From contig OX597835.1 in the NCBI GenBank assembly GCA_951406725.2, forward strand, positions 35,092,001 to 35,156,000: a DNA stretch of 64,000 nucleotides. The letters are read 5' to 3'. Of this stretch, positions 26,099 to 40,848 are shown piece by piece. Every line of letters begins with the position of its first letter. Position 1 is the stretch's first letter. The notes under the pieces are model-generated. The model saw only the letters and a program-made list of their open reading frames with translations, searched no databases and was not told where the DNA came from. This stretch comes from Octopus vulgaris (lineage: Eukaryota). Both the position numbers and the translations under genes were made by a program.

Positions 26099-26143
<45 letters not shown>

Positions 26144-27291
26144 AAATGCATTGTAAATAAAGATACGGAGGCTCTTTAATTCTTCATCCGTTATTAACCA
26201 GAATAGTAATACTCAGTTTCGTACCTTTAATGATGAGGCTGATGGGGGCTTCCCATTTTGGCGGTGCCTGTGACGCACAAGTTTCACATGTGTAAATTTA
26301 TATTAAAATCAAAATGAAGGAAGTGTTTTGAGAACTTTATCATAGAGAAAAAGAAAAAAAGTATTTACATTTTCATCGAAACATGCTACCAGTTTCAGTC
26401 GCGTAAAATGACGATTTAGTTATGCAACAATAACGAAAAAAAATAAAAGAGATAAAACGTAAAAACGAATTAAAATAAAATGAATTAACTTAAGCTTTCA
26501 TGGTATCAGTTCTGGAAGCTCACATGTTTTTCTTACAAAAATCACATTGTGTTGTCAGTTGGTTTCCTTCTGTTTGTTGCTGGGTCGTATGTATAAATGT
26601 GTGGTGCGAAAGCGAGCGAGCTAGAGCGAGAGAGAAGTAAAAAGAAAGAGAAGTAGATAGATAGTGAGGTAGATAGATGCATAAGTTATTGTAGAACAAT
26701 AAGTGACATAATATCCGTTGCTAGAGTATCACGAAAGGGTGGGGTATGTTATTCCTTCAAGTGAAACTATCTCTATGTAAGATAAGTCAGAGAGTTAAAA
26801 TTCTGGCGGATGTTGGGGGAAACTGGAGATTTTTCACCGGAAGCTCTTGTTCTTGTACGTCAATAGGAGCTTGTCAATGGTGCAGTGGCAGATAGAATGA
26901 TGGCGTAATTGGAGGAGGAGGAGGAGGAGGAGGTAGAGGAGGCGGAAGAGGTTAGGAATGAGTGGTAGGAGTTAAAATAGTGAAGTAGGAGATGAAAAGT
27001 AGTGATAGAAGTTAAAAGGAGCGTACGTGTGTATGCGTGCATTTGCGGTTTCTGCGCTTCCAAATACGTGTATTTGTATGTTTGCATAGGTGTGCAGTGA
27101 GTGAGTGAGTGGGTGTGTGAGTGAGTGAGTGAGTGAGTGAGTGGGTGTGTGAGTGAGTGAGTGAGTGAGTGAGAGTGAGAGAGAGAGGAAGAAGATACTG
27201 TGAATTAGAAGGAAAGTGTGATAATATATATGTATATATGTATATATGTATATACATATATATATTTATACGTATATATATATATATATAC

Positions 27292-27329
<38 letters not shown>

Positions 27330-27563
27330 GTATATGTGGAAGGAAAAGAGAGAGAGGGAAAGAGAGAAAGAGAGAGAGAGAAGGAGAGAAAGAGAGAAAG
27401 AGAGAAAGAAAGAGAGAGAAGGAGAGAAAGAGAGAGGGAGAGTGTGAAAGAGAGAAAGAGAGACAAGGAGAGAAAGAGAATAAGAGAGAGAGAGAAGTGG
27501 AAATGAAGGAAACGGAAGAAAAAGATAGCATAACAACGGGAGAAAAACAGAACGTGCAAAAAA

Positions 27564-27620
<57 letters not shown>

Positions 27621-27805
27621 TAAATGTTAGAGAGTGGGAGGTGTAGAGTAAAAGGGAGAGGAATCAAGAATGATATATTAAGAGAAACCAAGATAGGACG
27701 CAATGAGAGTGAGGGTACGGGAAACACAAAAACAGAGAAACAGGGCATCTATGCCTCAATCAGACAATCAATCAATCAATCAATCAATCGATCAATCAAT
27801 CAATC

Positions 27806-27839
<34 letters not shown>

Positions 27840-27864
27840 GCAATCTATCTATCTATCTATCTAT

Positions 27865-28025
27865 TTGTTTCAGTCATTTGACGGTGGCCATGCTGGAGCA
27901 CCACTCTTTAGTCGAAGAAATTGATCCCTGGACTTATTCCCTGTAAGCCTGGTGTTTATTCTATCAGTCTCTTCTGCTGAACAGCTAAATCATAGGGAGG
28001 CAAACGCACCAACATCGCTTGTCAA
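27865..28025 (-). mobile_element. SINE family A tail fragment
   Basis: tgtttcagtcatttgacggtggccatgctggagcacc...catcgcttgtcaag. Confidence 0.75.
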
Positions 28026-28954
28026 GGACTTTTTCATTTATTGCAGATAGTCAGAATTTTTAAGAAATAAAATTATTCCTTTTTCTGTTTCTTCTGGCGA
28101 GCAGTTGCTGAACATTTCTGGGTATAAATTGAAATGCAAAAGAACGAAATAATAAATGGATTTATGAATAAAAGTTTGGTATTTGCGTTTATTTCCACCA
28201 CGCGTCACTTATTATTGCAAACAGGTTTTAACTAACCTAAACTATACACACAAACAAATACATTCATATATATGTCTCGAGTTGTAGCTATAATTCAAAG
28301 AGGCCAGCCTTGTCATATTCTGTGTGAGGCTGAATTTCCCTGAGAGCTACGTTAATGTTATGCATGTCTGTGGAGTACTCAACAATTTGTGAGTTTAAAT
28401 TTATCCTCGTGTGGTAATGAAAAGTGAAATTGCCATCCAATATTTGCTGTGTCTATGTATCTATATATGAACTTTTCTTTGGATTTATGTATCTACTGTC
28501 TCTCTCACTTTCTCTCTTTCTCTTTTTCTCTTTCACTTCCTTTGTGTCCCTCTTCTCTCTCGCTTTTGATTAAACAATATGTATATGTTACTATGTATCT
28601 CCTCTTGTGAGGTGATAAACATTTTAAAATACAAAACGAACACCGTCACCATTAACAGTCTCTTCTACTCTCTCTCTTTTACTCTCTCTCTTTCTCTCTC
28701 GCTCTCTCTTTCCTTCTCTCTGGGGTCCTCTCTGAAACATTTAAAAACACTAAACGAACGCCGTCACCACTCACAGTCTCTTTCACTCTCTCTTTCTCTC
28801 TCACTCTCTCTTTCTCTCTCACTCTCTCTTTCTCTCTTGTTTCCCCTCTGTTCTCCTCTCTTTCGCTTTGCCGCTTCTTTCAAGTAGGTGTGACGCACAC
28901 AACAGGTACGTACAAAAACAAAAAGTTAGCATATTAATATTATTGATGATCATT

Positions 28955-29152
28955 TCTCCTAAAGACACAAGGCTTAACATTTTGGTGAAGGAGATTAGTC
29001 GAGTACATCGACCCCAGTGTTCTGACTGGTACTTAATTCATCGACCCCCAAAGGATGAAAAGCGAAGTCGACCCTGGCGGAATTTGAACTCAGAAGGTAA
29101 AGACGGACGAAATATCGATAAACATTTTGCCCTGTGTGCTAATGATTTTGCC
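28955..29152 (-). mobile_element. SINE family B-related copy, diverged
   Basis: atcgaccccagtg...aaggatgaaaagcgaagtcgaccctggcggaatttgaactcagaa. Confidence 0.75.
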
Positions 29153-29496
29153 AATAATAATAATTATTATTTATGGGTGCCTGGGAGCATGTGTATGCGT
29201 GTGTGTGTACGTGTGCATGTGCGTATGGGTGTGTGTGTATGTGTGGGTATATACACACTTATAATATATATGTGTGTATATACATGTGCATCATGTGTTT
29301 ATAATATATAATTATTACTGTTGTATGTTTTCGACATTATCAACTCTTTTCAAACCCACACGCTCTCTTCCTCATCCTAACCATTATGTAATAATTCTCC
29401 CTTTCTACACCATCATATATACATTCATACATGCACAAAAAGACACATGCACAGACATATATATGTATACATATTCCCGCAAATATATGCATGTAC

Positions 29497-29534
<38 letters not shown>

Positions 29535-29539
29535 ATGTA

Positions 29540-29575
<36 letters not shown>

Positions 29576-29584
29576 AACACACAG

Positions 29585-29621
<37 letters not shown>

Positions 29622-29933
29622 CATATGTACATATATATTACGCATATATATAATTATATATATATATGTATATATATATAATCCTATATATACACGTATA
29701 TATATATAATTATATATATACAGAAACATAGAGGTAAAGAGATAGAGATAGATAGAGAAATAGTGAGAGAGAGAAGGAATGCGAGAGAGAGTGGGGGGTG
29801 AATCGACCTCCAGAACTTGTGTGATACGGTCTCGTCTTCTTATGCTGCTGCATGTATTATGTAATGATTCCTTTCCTGCTATACCCGAAAGCATGTACGC
29901 ATGTGTATATGTACACATATATGTGTATATATC

Positions 29934-30014
<81 letters not shown>

Positions 30015-30247
30015 TTATATGTCAGTTTACACGTGTACATGTATGCATACGATGTATGCATATATATCTATATAAGCTTACACATACACACAGATACGCG
30101 CTCACACATACATATATATAAACATATGCGTCTGTGCAAATATATACATGTTTATATATGTTAGATTATATACTTATACATTTATAATTATATATATGTA
30201 TATGCATGTATACATGTATGTATATATATACATATATATATATACAT

Positions 30248-30284
<37 letters not shown>

Positions 30285-30311
30285 CATACATACATACATA
30301 TATATATATAT

Positions 30312-30397
<86 letters not shown>

Positions 30398-30435
30398 ACA
30401 GAGTAATTAAATATGATCGTTGATATGGAAAAGAT

Positions 30436-30601
30436 CAGCAGTCAGAAGAGCAGCAGCAGCAGCAGCAGCAGTAGCAGTAGCAACACTATCTACACTAAAA
30501 GCAACATTAGCAACAGCATCTTCGCCGCCACTAGCACCACCAGCTGCACCGTCACCACCATCAACACCACCACTACCAACAACAACAACAATGACTACTA
30601 C

Positions 30602-30672
<71 letters not shown>

Positions 30673-31399
30673 TTACTACTACTACTCCTACTACTACTAC
30701 TACTACTACTACCAAACACCAGCAGCATCCATAACGCCACTCCCACCGCTGCCGCCGTAGCCGCCGCTGCCACCACCATCACCATTACTCGTCGTCGTCT
30801 TCCTCCTCGTCCTCCTCCTCCTTCTGCTCCTCCTGTATAAACAACAACATCAATAATAGAAACAATAACAACGATACTAGCAAAGAAAAACAAACATAAA
30901 ACGCAAAATAATAGCACGTACATAAGATCAAAGGAAAACACAACAAAAAACTAAAATGAAACGGCTGTAGAGACAATAGCTTCAACAACTGTAAAAGCAA
31001 CAACAACAACAACTACTGTATCAATAAAAATAATAAAAATATAGAACAATACAACAACAATGATAACAGTAACAAAAGCAACAACATAACAACAACAATA
31101 ATAATAGTAGTATTGATAATAATAATGATGATGCTGATGATGATAAAACTACTACTAATAGTATTAATAATAATAATGATAGCAAATATAATAATAGTAA
31201 TAATAATAACAATAATAAGAGTAATGATAGTAGTAGTAGTAGTAGTAGTAACAATAATAATAATAATAATAATATTAATAATAATAGAGTGATGATAGTA
31301 GTAGTAATAGTAGTAGTAGTAGTAGTAGTTGTAGTAATAATAATAATAATAATAATAATAATATTAAAAATAATAATAATAATAATGATAATAATAATG

Positions 31400-31451
<52 letters not shown>

Positions 31452-31530
31452 TTAATAATAATAATAGTAATAATAATAATAATAATAATAATGATTAATA
31501 ATAATAATAATAATGATTAATAATAATAAT
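30436..31530. repeat. Trinucleotide tracts (CAG, CAC, TAC, CAA, TAA)
   Basis: Directly visible. Confidence 0.9.
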
Positions 31531-31636
31531 AACAGCAAAACTGATTACTAACAATTATAATAAGAGTTACAACAAAATTGCTACAACAGCAACAACACCA
31601 GTCAACATCTATGAGAAATTCAGAGAAATAAAAACT

Positions 31637-32260
31637 GTATGTATGTATGTATGTATGTATGTATGTATGTATGTATGTATGTATGTATGTATGTATGTAT
31701 GTATCTATGTATGTATGTATGTATGTCTGCATGCATGCATGCATGTATGTACGTATACATGCATGTATGTATATGTATATATGAATGTATGTGTGTTTGT
31801 ATGTATGCCTGCATGTATGTATGTGTATGTCTGAATGTATGTTTGCATGCACACATGTATGCATTCACGCATGCACTTATATATGTATGCCTGCATGTAT
31901 GTCTGCATGCATGCATGTATGTATATATGTATGTATGAATGTATGTATGAATGTGTGTGCATGTATGTATGCCTGCATGTATGTATGTGTATTTCTGAAT
32001 GTATGTTTGCATGCACACATGTATGCATGCACGCATGCATTTATATATTTATGCCTGCATGTATGTCTGCATGCATGCATGTATGTATGAATGTGTATTT
32101 GTATGTATGCCTGCATACATGTATGTATGTGTGATGTCTGCATGTAAGTTTGTATACACACATATATGTATGTATGCACACATGCATGTATGTATATGTG
32201 TATGTATGTATATGTATATGTGTTTGTGTGTGTGTGTGTGTGTATGCACATACATATGCA
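31637..32260. repeat. (TATG)n/(CATG)n tract with higher-order unit of about 164 bp
   Basis: gcctgcatgtatgtatgtgtat(g/t)tctgaatgtatgtttgcatgcacacatg recurs at about 31807 and 31971. Confidence 0.85.
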
Positions 32261-32936
32261 TACACAAACTTGTTCGGAAGGGGAATAAAAAAATTCTATC
32301 ATCATTATATCGCAACAGCTATCGTTTCGACACTTCCATGGTTTCGCCATTTTTCAGCAGACGATGTGTTAAAGCTATATTGGTATGAGCAAATTCTTCT
32401 TTCGCCTGATAAAATGTCAACACACATCAATGACACCCTACAATGTGAGTCTTCTCTTGAAGAGGCAAAGCATTTACAGTTTCACCTCTTGATCAATTCC
32501 TATTTGCCTTTTCTTTTACTTTTCAATATTAGCTAGTGTATTTATCCCTCAATTTTGTTTTGATATTTACTTAGTGATTTTGCTTAAATTTTTTTCGTGT
32601 CTTGCTCATCGTTTCAATAGATTTTACTGCTTCTTTCTATACCTCAATCCCTATATCTATCTCTCTATCTCTGTAGCTGTCTATCTGTCCGTCTGTCTCT
32701 CATTTTATTTCTACTTCTACTCTATCTTTCTCAATTTGTCTCCCCCTATCTTATTTATGACTCTATCTCTCTTTCTTTGTCTTCCCTTTTCACAGTCATC
32801 ATGTATTGCTCAATAGTTTTTGTATGTCTTTTTTTCAGCCGTTGCCTCAATTTCTCCTTTATTTTCTTCCTCTATCCTCTTCGTATTTGCCTCCATTTCT
32901 TCGGTTATTTGCTTGCCTTTCATTCTGTATATCAGC

Positions 32937-33011
<75 letters not shown>

Positions 33012-33305
33012 TTTCTTCTGTGATTTTTTGTCTTTTTTTCTTACTCCATTTGTAGCATTTATTTTAAAGTCATTATCTCCTTGTTACGCCATCTTTAATT
33101 TTTCCCTACTCGCAATGAATTGTTCGACTTCGAAATACATTTATGTATGCTATCCATTAACTTCACGTTATCTCCACATTACACTATTTCTATTATGTGT
33201 TGTCTGTAATAAATTCGTTGGTTTCGTATTTTAAGCATGTTATCTAAAAACTATGAAATTAGAAATTAAATAGTCAATTCATATGTGCATACATACACGT
33301 ACATT

Positions 33306-33364
<59 letters not shown>

Positions 33365-33756
33365 CATATATACAAATCGTTTTTTTAAATGCAATTTTTT
33401 AATCTTTATCTTAAATTATTTCACTTGAATTTTAAACAAATTAAATTTATATATATATATATACATACATATACATATATCTATATACACAAGCATATCT
33501 ATCTATATATGTACACACACACATCAAATATATATATGTATATACATGCTCAAATGCATGCATATATATGTGTGTAGAGAGATTCTTGATAATTTTTAAT
33601 CGTTTTAAATTATACATTTTAAACGTTTATACTAACACGCCAAAAAATTTATTCAAAAGTAAATGTATTAATCATACAGTACCACCACCACCCTTCTCGC
33701 CGCCGCCGCCACCACCTACACCACCACCACCGCCACCACCACCACTACCACCACCG

Positions 33757-34112
33757 CCATATATAACTGGATGTTTTGGTAGTTTTCGTTTATTCCAGTG
33801 TCTGAAGCTTAAGGTGTGATGGTTGAATCTTTCTTTGAAATTTCCCTCTGTGAGACTTACATATCACTTGGATGAAACTGTATTATTAGCGTTCGTAGAA
33901 TTTACGGTGGGTTTATAAATAATGGCTTTGATAATACAGGTTCCATTTAGCGGACACAAGTCTTTATCTCTGCAGGAACAGCCGACTTCATGTTGTTGTG
34001 TTGCATCGTGTGTTATGCTTTTAAAGTTTGGGATGGAACTAAAATTAATTTTTAGGTTATGTCATTTAAAGAGTTTTCTATATTTGTGATGCATTGGAAA
34101 ATGTCTATCTAT
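33757..34112 (-). pseudogene. Penelope-like element pol fragment (RT C-terminal region + GIY-YIG endonuclease)
   Basis: Translates IDRHFPMHHKYRKLFK*HNLKINFSSIPNFKSI...GCSCRDKDLCPLNGTCIIKAIIYKPTV...K*YVSLTEGNFKERFNHHTLSFRH, then frameshifted TTKTSSYIW: Cys motif, IIY/YVS (GIY-YIG), catalytic R and H. Confidence 0.85.
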
Positions 34113-34384
34113 CCAAAGGGTCTCAAAACCCAAAATTTATGCACTGATATTTATAGATATTGTTATTATTTTGTTTTTGAGATCCAACGGGCGGTCTTTG
34201 TAATATGGAAAGATGGCACATCTAGAAAAGTTCCTTGGACACCGCTACATATCTAAATCCAAGAACTGAACTTATTGCATGATGTCCCCGTGTCACAAAA
34301 TAACTGTTACGATTTTGAGCACCCTCCCCAATCACAGCTAGAATCCACATTTTTACAATGATCCTGCAAATGCTTTCCCACACA

Positions 34385-34588
34385 CTCTTTTACTTGTTTC
34401 AGTCATTTGACTGCGGCCATGCTGGAGCACCACCTTTAATCGAGCAAATCGACCCCGGGACTTATTCTTTTTTGTAAGCCCAGTACTTATTCTATCGGTC
34501 TCTTTTGTCGAACCGCTAGGTAACAGGGACATAAACACACCAGCATCGGTTGTCAAGCAATGCTAGGGGGACAAACACATACACACAA

Positions 34589-34631
<43 letters not shown>

Positions 34632-34802
34632 CATATATACGACGGGCTTCTTTCAATTTCTGTCTACCAATCCACTCACAAGGCATTGGTCGGCCCGGGC
34701 TATAGCAGAAGACACTTGCCCAAGGTACCACGAAGTGGGACTGAACCCGGAACCATGTGGTTGGTTAGCAAGCTACTTATCACACAGCCACTCCTGCGCC
34801 TA
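34385..34802 (-). mobile_element. Full SINE family A
   Basis: Complete head, internal microsatellite and tail. Confidence 0.9.
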
Positions 34803-35481
34803 TGTTTTAAATTCCATTAATTTTAAATTTTTTATATATATTTTTCATTTATAACTTTTCCTTTTTAATTATGCGAATGTGTACGTGTGTGTGTATATGT
34901 GTGCGTGTGTATATATATGTATATGTATATGTATGTATGTATATGAGTGTAAGATTGTGTCCGGTGCATATGTGCGATTTTCTTGCACACGTCCCCTTCA
35001 TTTATACGGATGTACATATGTTTGTGTATGTGCAGGTGTAGGCTTGTACATATATATGTACATATATATATGTATATATGTGTTTGTGGGAGTGTGAATG
35101 TAAGTCTGTATATATATATATATTGGCGCCACGTACCCCTCTTAACACTTATGTGAGCACATATTCTTAAAAATTGGTACGACTCTACCCTCTGTTTGTC
35201 TCTCTCTCTCTCACTTTTACTTGATCTGTCCCCTTCTCTCTCTTTTCTCTCTACTCATCCTCTTTTTCTCTTCTCTTGCCTCTGATTCTTTGGTCTACTC
35301 TTCCCCTACCCTTCCATTTCTTTGTCTTGCTTTGCACTCACAGGTCAATCTTTGACACCCATCCCTTCTCCTCTCTGATTCCTTCTTTCTCTCTCTTCTC
35401 TCCCCTTGTTGCTTTCGTCCCTCTTCTCTCTCTCTCTCTCTTCCTTCCTTTGCCTCTCTTTCTTTTCTTTCCTCTCTTCTC

Positions 35482-35977
35482 CGTCACGTGACCGCTGGCC
35501 GAAATCTGTCTCTCAGCTTCCGACCAGCGACATGACAACATCGTTGTCTTTTGTCCGCCGTTAAGGCATCGCCGTTAAGGCTTTTTTCCAAAATACACCA
35601 GCCAAATTTGTTTGCACTGTTATTAGTCGTAAGACACTTGTTGTTTTCACCGTTATTGCTTTTGTATTTCATGTTTTTGTATTCCATTATTGTTTTTTGC
35701 TTTTTATATTCGTCCTTTTTGCTGTCCCGGTGTTCGTATGCATTCGATCCTTCTTCCAGGAAATCTACGCTCCCAGCTTAGTTTTTCTAATGCTCGTTGC
35801 TTAGTTTTTCTTGGAGGGCTGGCCGGATCTAGTAATCTCAAGATTAATCAGCCGAAATTACTACGATGATCCGGTTCTTGACTGAAGACTGAGGGCTTCG
35901 AATGTCCTGTCCGTGTTTATTGTATCGTCTTCTAAGAGTTATGCGTTCTTGTCCCTGTTTGTATTTTTCTACATATC

Positions 35978-35980
<3 letters not shown>
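35482..35980 (+). mobile_element. Unclassified repeat-like unit ending at (TA)n, possibly a PLE terminal repeat
   Basis: CpG-richer complex sequence with a ggctg...cagcc GAAA stem but no canonical HHR core. Confidence 0.3.
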
Positions 35981-36048
<68 letters not shown>

Positions 36049-36077
36049 ATTTCACGTTATTTATTTATGTAAAGGTT

Positions 36078-36141
<64 letters not shown>

Positions 36142-36146
<5 letters not shown>

Positions 36147-36320
36147 ATCCAAACATGAACAAAGAGAAAACACAACAACGCGAGTGTTATTGGACTCTCA
36201 GGAAAGGAAAGAAAGGAGGATTTAACGTTTCGAGCGGAGCTCTTCGTCAGAAACAGAAAAACGAAAAGTCCAAGGAATGGAAGACGGAGAAAAAAAATCG
36301 CCAACGATACATTAGCGGTC
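36142..36320 (-). mobile_element. Short PLE-like unit with canonical minimal HHR (36221-36253)
   Basis: Minus strand: ttt CTGACGA a gagc tcc gctc GAAA CG TT aaa; 3' end at (TA)n. Confidence 0.7.
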
Positions 36321-36762
36321 ACACACACACACACACACACATGTATATCTATAGGTATAAATGCCTAAATATATATGTATTATGTTACGTGTATGCATGT
36401 TAAAAACTGTGTGTATATGAGTATGAGGTTGCGTACATACATACATACATACATACACATATATATATATATATGTATATATATACATGTGAGCGTGTGT
36501 GTGTGTGGATATATTTGTATGTATGAGTACGTACATACAGATATATGTTTGTGCGTGTGTGTGTGTGTATGTGGATGTACGTATACATGTTTGTGTGAGT
36601 GTGTACGTATGTAGACGTTGCGAACGCTGGAGGTTTATGTCTATATATTGTGAGAATATGGTTGCGTGTATTTTTAAAAACTTTTATCTTTGCTGTTTTA
36701 CTTTTTCCACCTATTAGACTATTAGAGTAACTTTCCTTTATTCAAAGGTTTTTCATAGTGTA

Positions 36763-36836
36763 TGCCATTAATAACCGACGAGAATGTATCGTAGCTCTTC
36801 CCTCTGGTCTTCGAAACTCCGAGTACTATAATGACA
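36763..36836 (+). ncRNA. Degenerate hammerhead-like motif (U4-to-C)
   Basis: tgccattaataa CCGACGA gaa...ttc GAAA CTCCGAG TA ctataatgaca. Confidence 0.45.
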
Positions 36837-36921
36837 ACTCCTTACTGCTTGTTCTAAATTACAATATATATAAATAATCGTCTAGTCATCTGATGTGGAG
36901 GTCTCATTCTTTTGTTGTTAC

Positions 36922-37003
<82 letters not shown>

Positions 37004-37021
37004 AATTTGTGTGCGTGTGTG

Positions 37022-37317
37022 AAGGGGCATGGGTTAGTGGTTAGGGTGTTGCACTCATGATTGCGAGGTCGTGGTTTCGATTCCCATACCTGGTGTTGTG
37101 TTGTATTCTTGAGCAAAGCACTTCATTTCACTTTGCTCAGCGATTATTTCGTCATTTGACATGTGGCACGTGGTACACCTGTACAAGTAATATCGATTTG
37201 ATGGCGGGATTGGTGTTATGTGTGTACAAACAATTGATCATTACAAACAAATCATGTGTCGTTGTTCGGTAAGAAATTGACGAACCTTCATACGTCGTCT
37301 AACGATTGGAGAGGCCA
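37022..37317 (+). mobile_element. D-type SINE head with a distinct tail
   Basis: tagtggttagggtg...ggtttcgattccc...ttgagcaaagcacttcatttcac, then a 3' region unlike other D copies, ending at (TA)n. Confidence 0.65.
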
Positions 37318-37385
<68 letters not shown>

Positions 37386-37394
37386 TATTTTCTT

Positions 37395-37722
37395 TAATTT
37401 GTTTCAATCATTTGACCCCAGGACTTATTCTTTGTAAGCCTAGTACTTATTCTATCGTTCTCTTTTGCCGAACCGCTAATATACGTGGATGTAAACACAT
37501 CGGTTGTCAAGCGATGGTGGGGTGGTGGCACAAACACACGCACACACAGACATATACATATATAAATATATAAATATATACGACGGGTTTCTTTCAGTTT
37601 CCGTCTACCAAATCCACTTACAATGCTTTGGTCGGCCGACGCTATAGTAGATGCCAGGTAGTGGGACTGAATCCAGAACCATGTGGTTGGTAAGCAAGTT
37701 ACTTACCACACATCCACATGCA

Positions 37723-37766
<44 letters not shown>

Positions 37767-38177
37767 TATATATGTATAATAATATATATATACTCTTTAC
37801 TATGTTACTCTTTTACTTGTTTCAGTCATTTGACTGCGGCCATGCTGGAGCACCGCCTTTAGTCGAGCAAATCAACCCCCGGACTTATTCTTTGTAAGCC
37901 AGTACTTATTCTATCGGTTTCTTTTGCCGAACCACTAAGTTACACACGTAAACACACCAGCATCGGTTGTCAGGCAATGCTAGGGGGACAAACACAGACA
38001 CACAAACATATACACACACACATATACATATTTATACATATATACGACAGGCTTCTTTCAGTTTCCGTCTACCAAATCCACTCACAAGGCATTGGTCGGC
38101 CCGGGGCTATAGCAGAAGACACTTGCCCAAGATGGTTGGTAAGCAAGCTACTTATCACACAGCCACTCCTGCGCCTA
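37395..38177 (-). mobile_element. Two tandem SINE family A copies
   Basis: 37395-37725 and 37795-38177. Confidence 0.85.
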
Positions 38178-38386
38178 TATATTTATATCAATATATATAT
38201 TAAAATAAAAAGAAAAGGAATAGAAATGGCCTTTCTGATCATTTTTCTACTTTAACTTATAAACATTTAATTATGAAAAAGGAAGAATTATCAGATAATC
38301 CATTTCTATTTATTTTTTCAAATATATAATACTGTACCAAAGACTTTCTATTTCTTATACTATTCAATTATCTCTCTCCCCCCCCC

Positions 38387-38439
<53 letters not shown>

Positions 38440-39015
38440 TATGTGTAGCCTGTGTTTGTTACATGCACGCTTTTTTGATTTCCATATTTTTGGGAGTTAG
38501 AGGGACCTTTAGGCTTAGGATTAGCATTAAAGATTACTGAAGAACAATGTGTGTTTAAGGATTATCTAAAGGATTTCCTCTTTCGACAAGATGCATTTCC
38601 GAAGATTTCCGCCATTAGTGTGGCATACATGAATATTTCTCCCGTCATCGTATATTTATCCATGGTCATTACCCTGATGTACTTAACAAAAAGTTCTAAG
38701 TTCACAAATACCACGATAACAAATTATGTAGGTTGTCGGTCCCACGGCGGCACCAAAATGCAACTGCTCCATTTTTTTTTCGCTTCTCCCCATGTGTTTG
38801 CGTAAATGTAAGGTCCATCTTCTGGCAACGTTTCTTTCTATCCCATGTATCTCTTTTGATCCCTTGTGATTAATAAAGATAAAACTCTTGTTACATTTCT
38901 TTGCATGGACACGCACACACACACACACACACACACATATTTGTAAATGGTAAGGAATACCAATGCTATGGGGTAATGCTATGCCACATCGTAATAATCA
39001 TTATTATTATTGTTC

Positions 39016-39087
<72 letters not shown>

Positions 39088-39114
39088 ATGTATGTATGTA
39101 TGTATATAGTTGCA

Positions 39115-39736
<622 letters not shown>

Positions 39737-39821
39737 GGGTTTTCGGTTTACATTAAAGGATACATAATATCTTACACAAAAATAAAGTATTGTTTTATAA
39801 AAAAACCCAAAAATTATCAAC

Positions 39822-39886
39822 TAGATGTTAGCAGGTCCAATATTGGAGAGATAGTGTTTTTCCAATACTGGAAGAGCTAACATCTA
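39822..39886. other. 65-nt hairpin
   Basis: tagatgttagc/gctaacatcta (11 bp) plus tccaatattgga/tccaatactgga (11 of 12). Confidence 0.75.
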
Positions 39887-40048
39887 TTTTCAACTGACCA
39901 TAAGTCATAACTACACAATTCTCCATATTTTAATTCTACTAATGGACATTACCGATTATCTTCCTTTGTTCCGAGATTTACCCCATGAATACAATATTTG
40001 TAATGGGACTTTAATTAGATTGCTCCTCTTTTAGATAATATGTCTTAT

Positions 40049-40678
40049 CACGTGATCACGTGACCGACCAGGCTATCAGATGTTGCTACACATCGCTGGT
40101 CACAATGCGCTTCGCATTGTTTTAGCCTTCAAATGACGCCACCCCGCTGGCTAAGCGAGCAGGCTGACAGAAGAAAGAGTGAAAGAAAGTTGTAGCGAAA
40201 GAGTACAGCAGGGATCGCCACCCACCCCCTGCCAGAACCTCGTGGAGCTTTAGGTGTTTTCGCTCAAGGCGCATGGCTCAGTGGTTAGAGCGTCGAGCTT
40301 ACGATCGTGAGGTTGTGAGCTCGAATCCCGGACCGGGCTGCGTGTTGTGTTCTTGAGCAAGGCACTTTATTTCACGTTGCTCCAGTTCACTCAGCTGTAG
40401 AAATGAGTTGCGACGTCACTGGTGCCAAGCTGTATCGACATTTGTCTTTCCCTTGGATAACACTGGTGGCGTGGAGAGGGGAGGCTGGTATGCATGGGCG
40501 ACTGCTGGTCTTCCATAAACAACCTTGCCCGGACTTGTGTCTAGGAGGGTAACTTTCTAGGTGCAATCCCATGGTCATTCATGACCGAAGGGGGTCTTTA
40601 CGTCCGGTCTGGGAATCGAAACCGCGATCCTACGACCGCGAGTCCGCTGTCCTAATCACTGGGCCATTGCGCCTCCAC
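40049..40678 (-). mobile_element. SINE family C (tail 1) with 12-bp TSD, containing a nested SINE D
   Basis: aatatgtcttat at 40037-40048 and 40679-40690. Confidence 0.9.
40268..40598 (+). mobile_element. Full SINE family D nested in SINE C
   Basis: ggcgcatggctcagtggttagagcg...gagctcgaatccc head through gaagggggtct. Confidence 0.9.
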
Positions 40679-40760
40679 AATATGTCTTATAATAATAATA
40701 ATAATAATAATATAACTGATGAGTAATGTTCCTTCAAGGTTACATCTGTTTAACCGCTCC

Positions 40761-40848
40761 CTCTCTGATGATGGAATACTCGGGACATGGAATTGTCGCT
40801 CGGTACGCAGTTCCAGCGGCTGGGATACTCTAGAAGCAGCTGTTAGAA
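40761..40848 (+). ncRNA. Degenerate hammerhead motif of the CAGCTG stem III type
   Basis: ctct CTGATGA tggaatac...gggatactcta GAAG CAGCTG TT agaa; GAAA mutated to GAAG; same layout as 59131-59208. Confidence 0.55.

Noticed and set aside
32320-32362. Possible minus-strand hammerhead (ctgaaaa...gaaacg)
   Set aside because: Core mismatch and poor stems.
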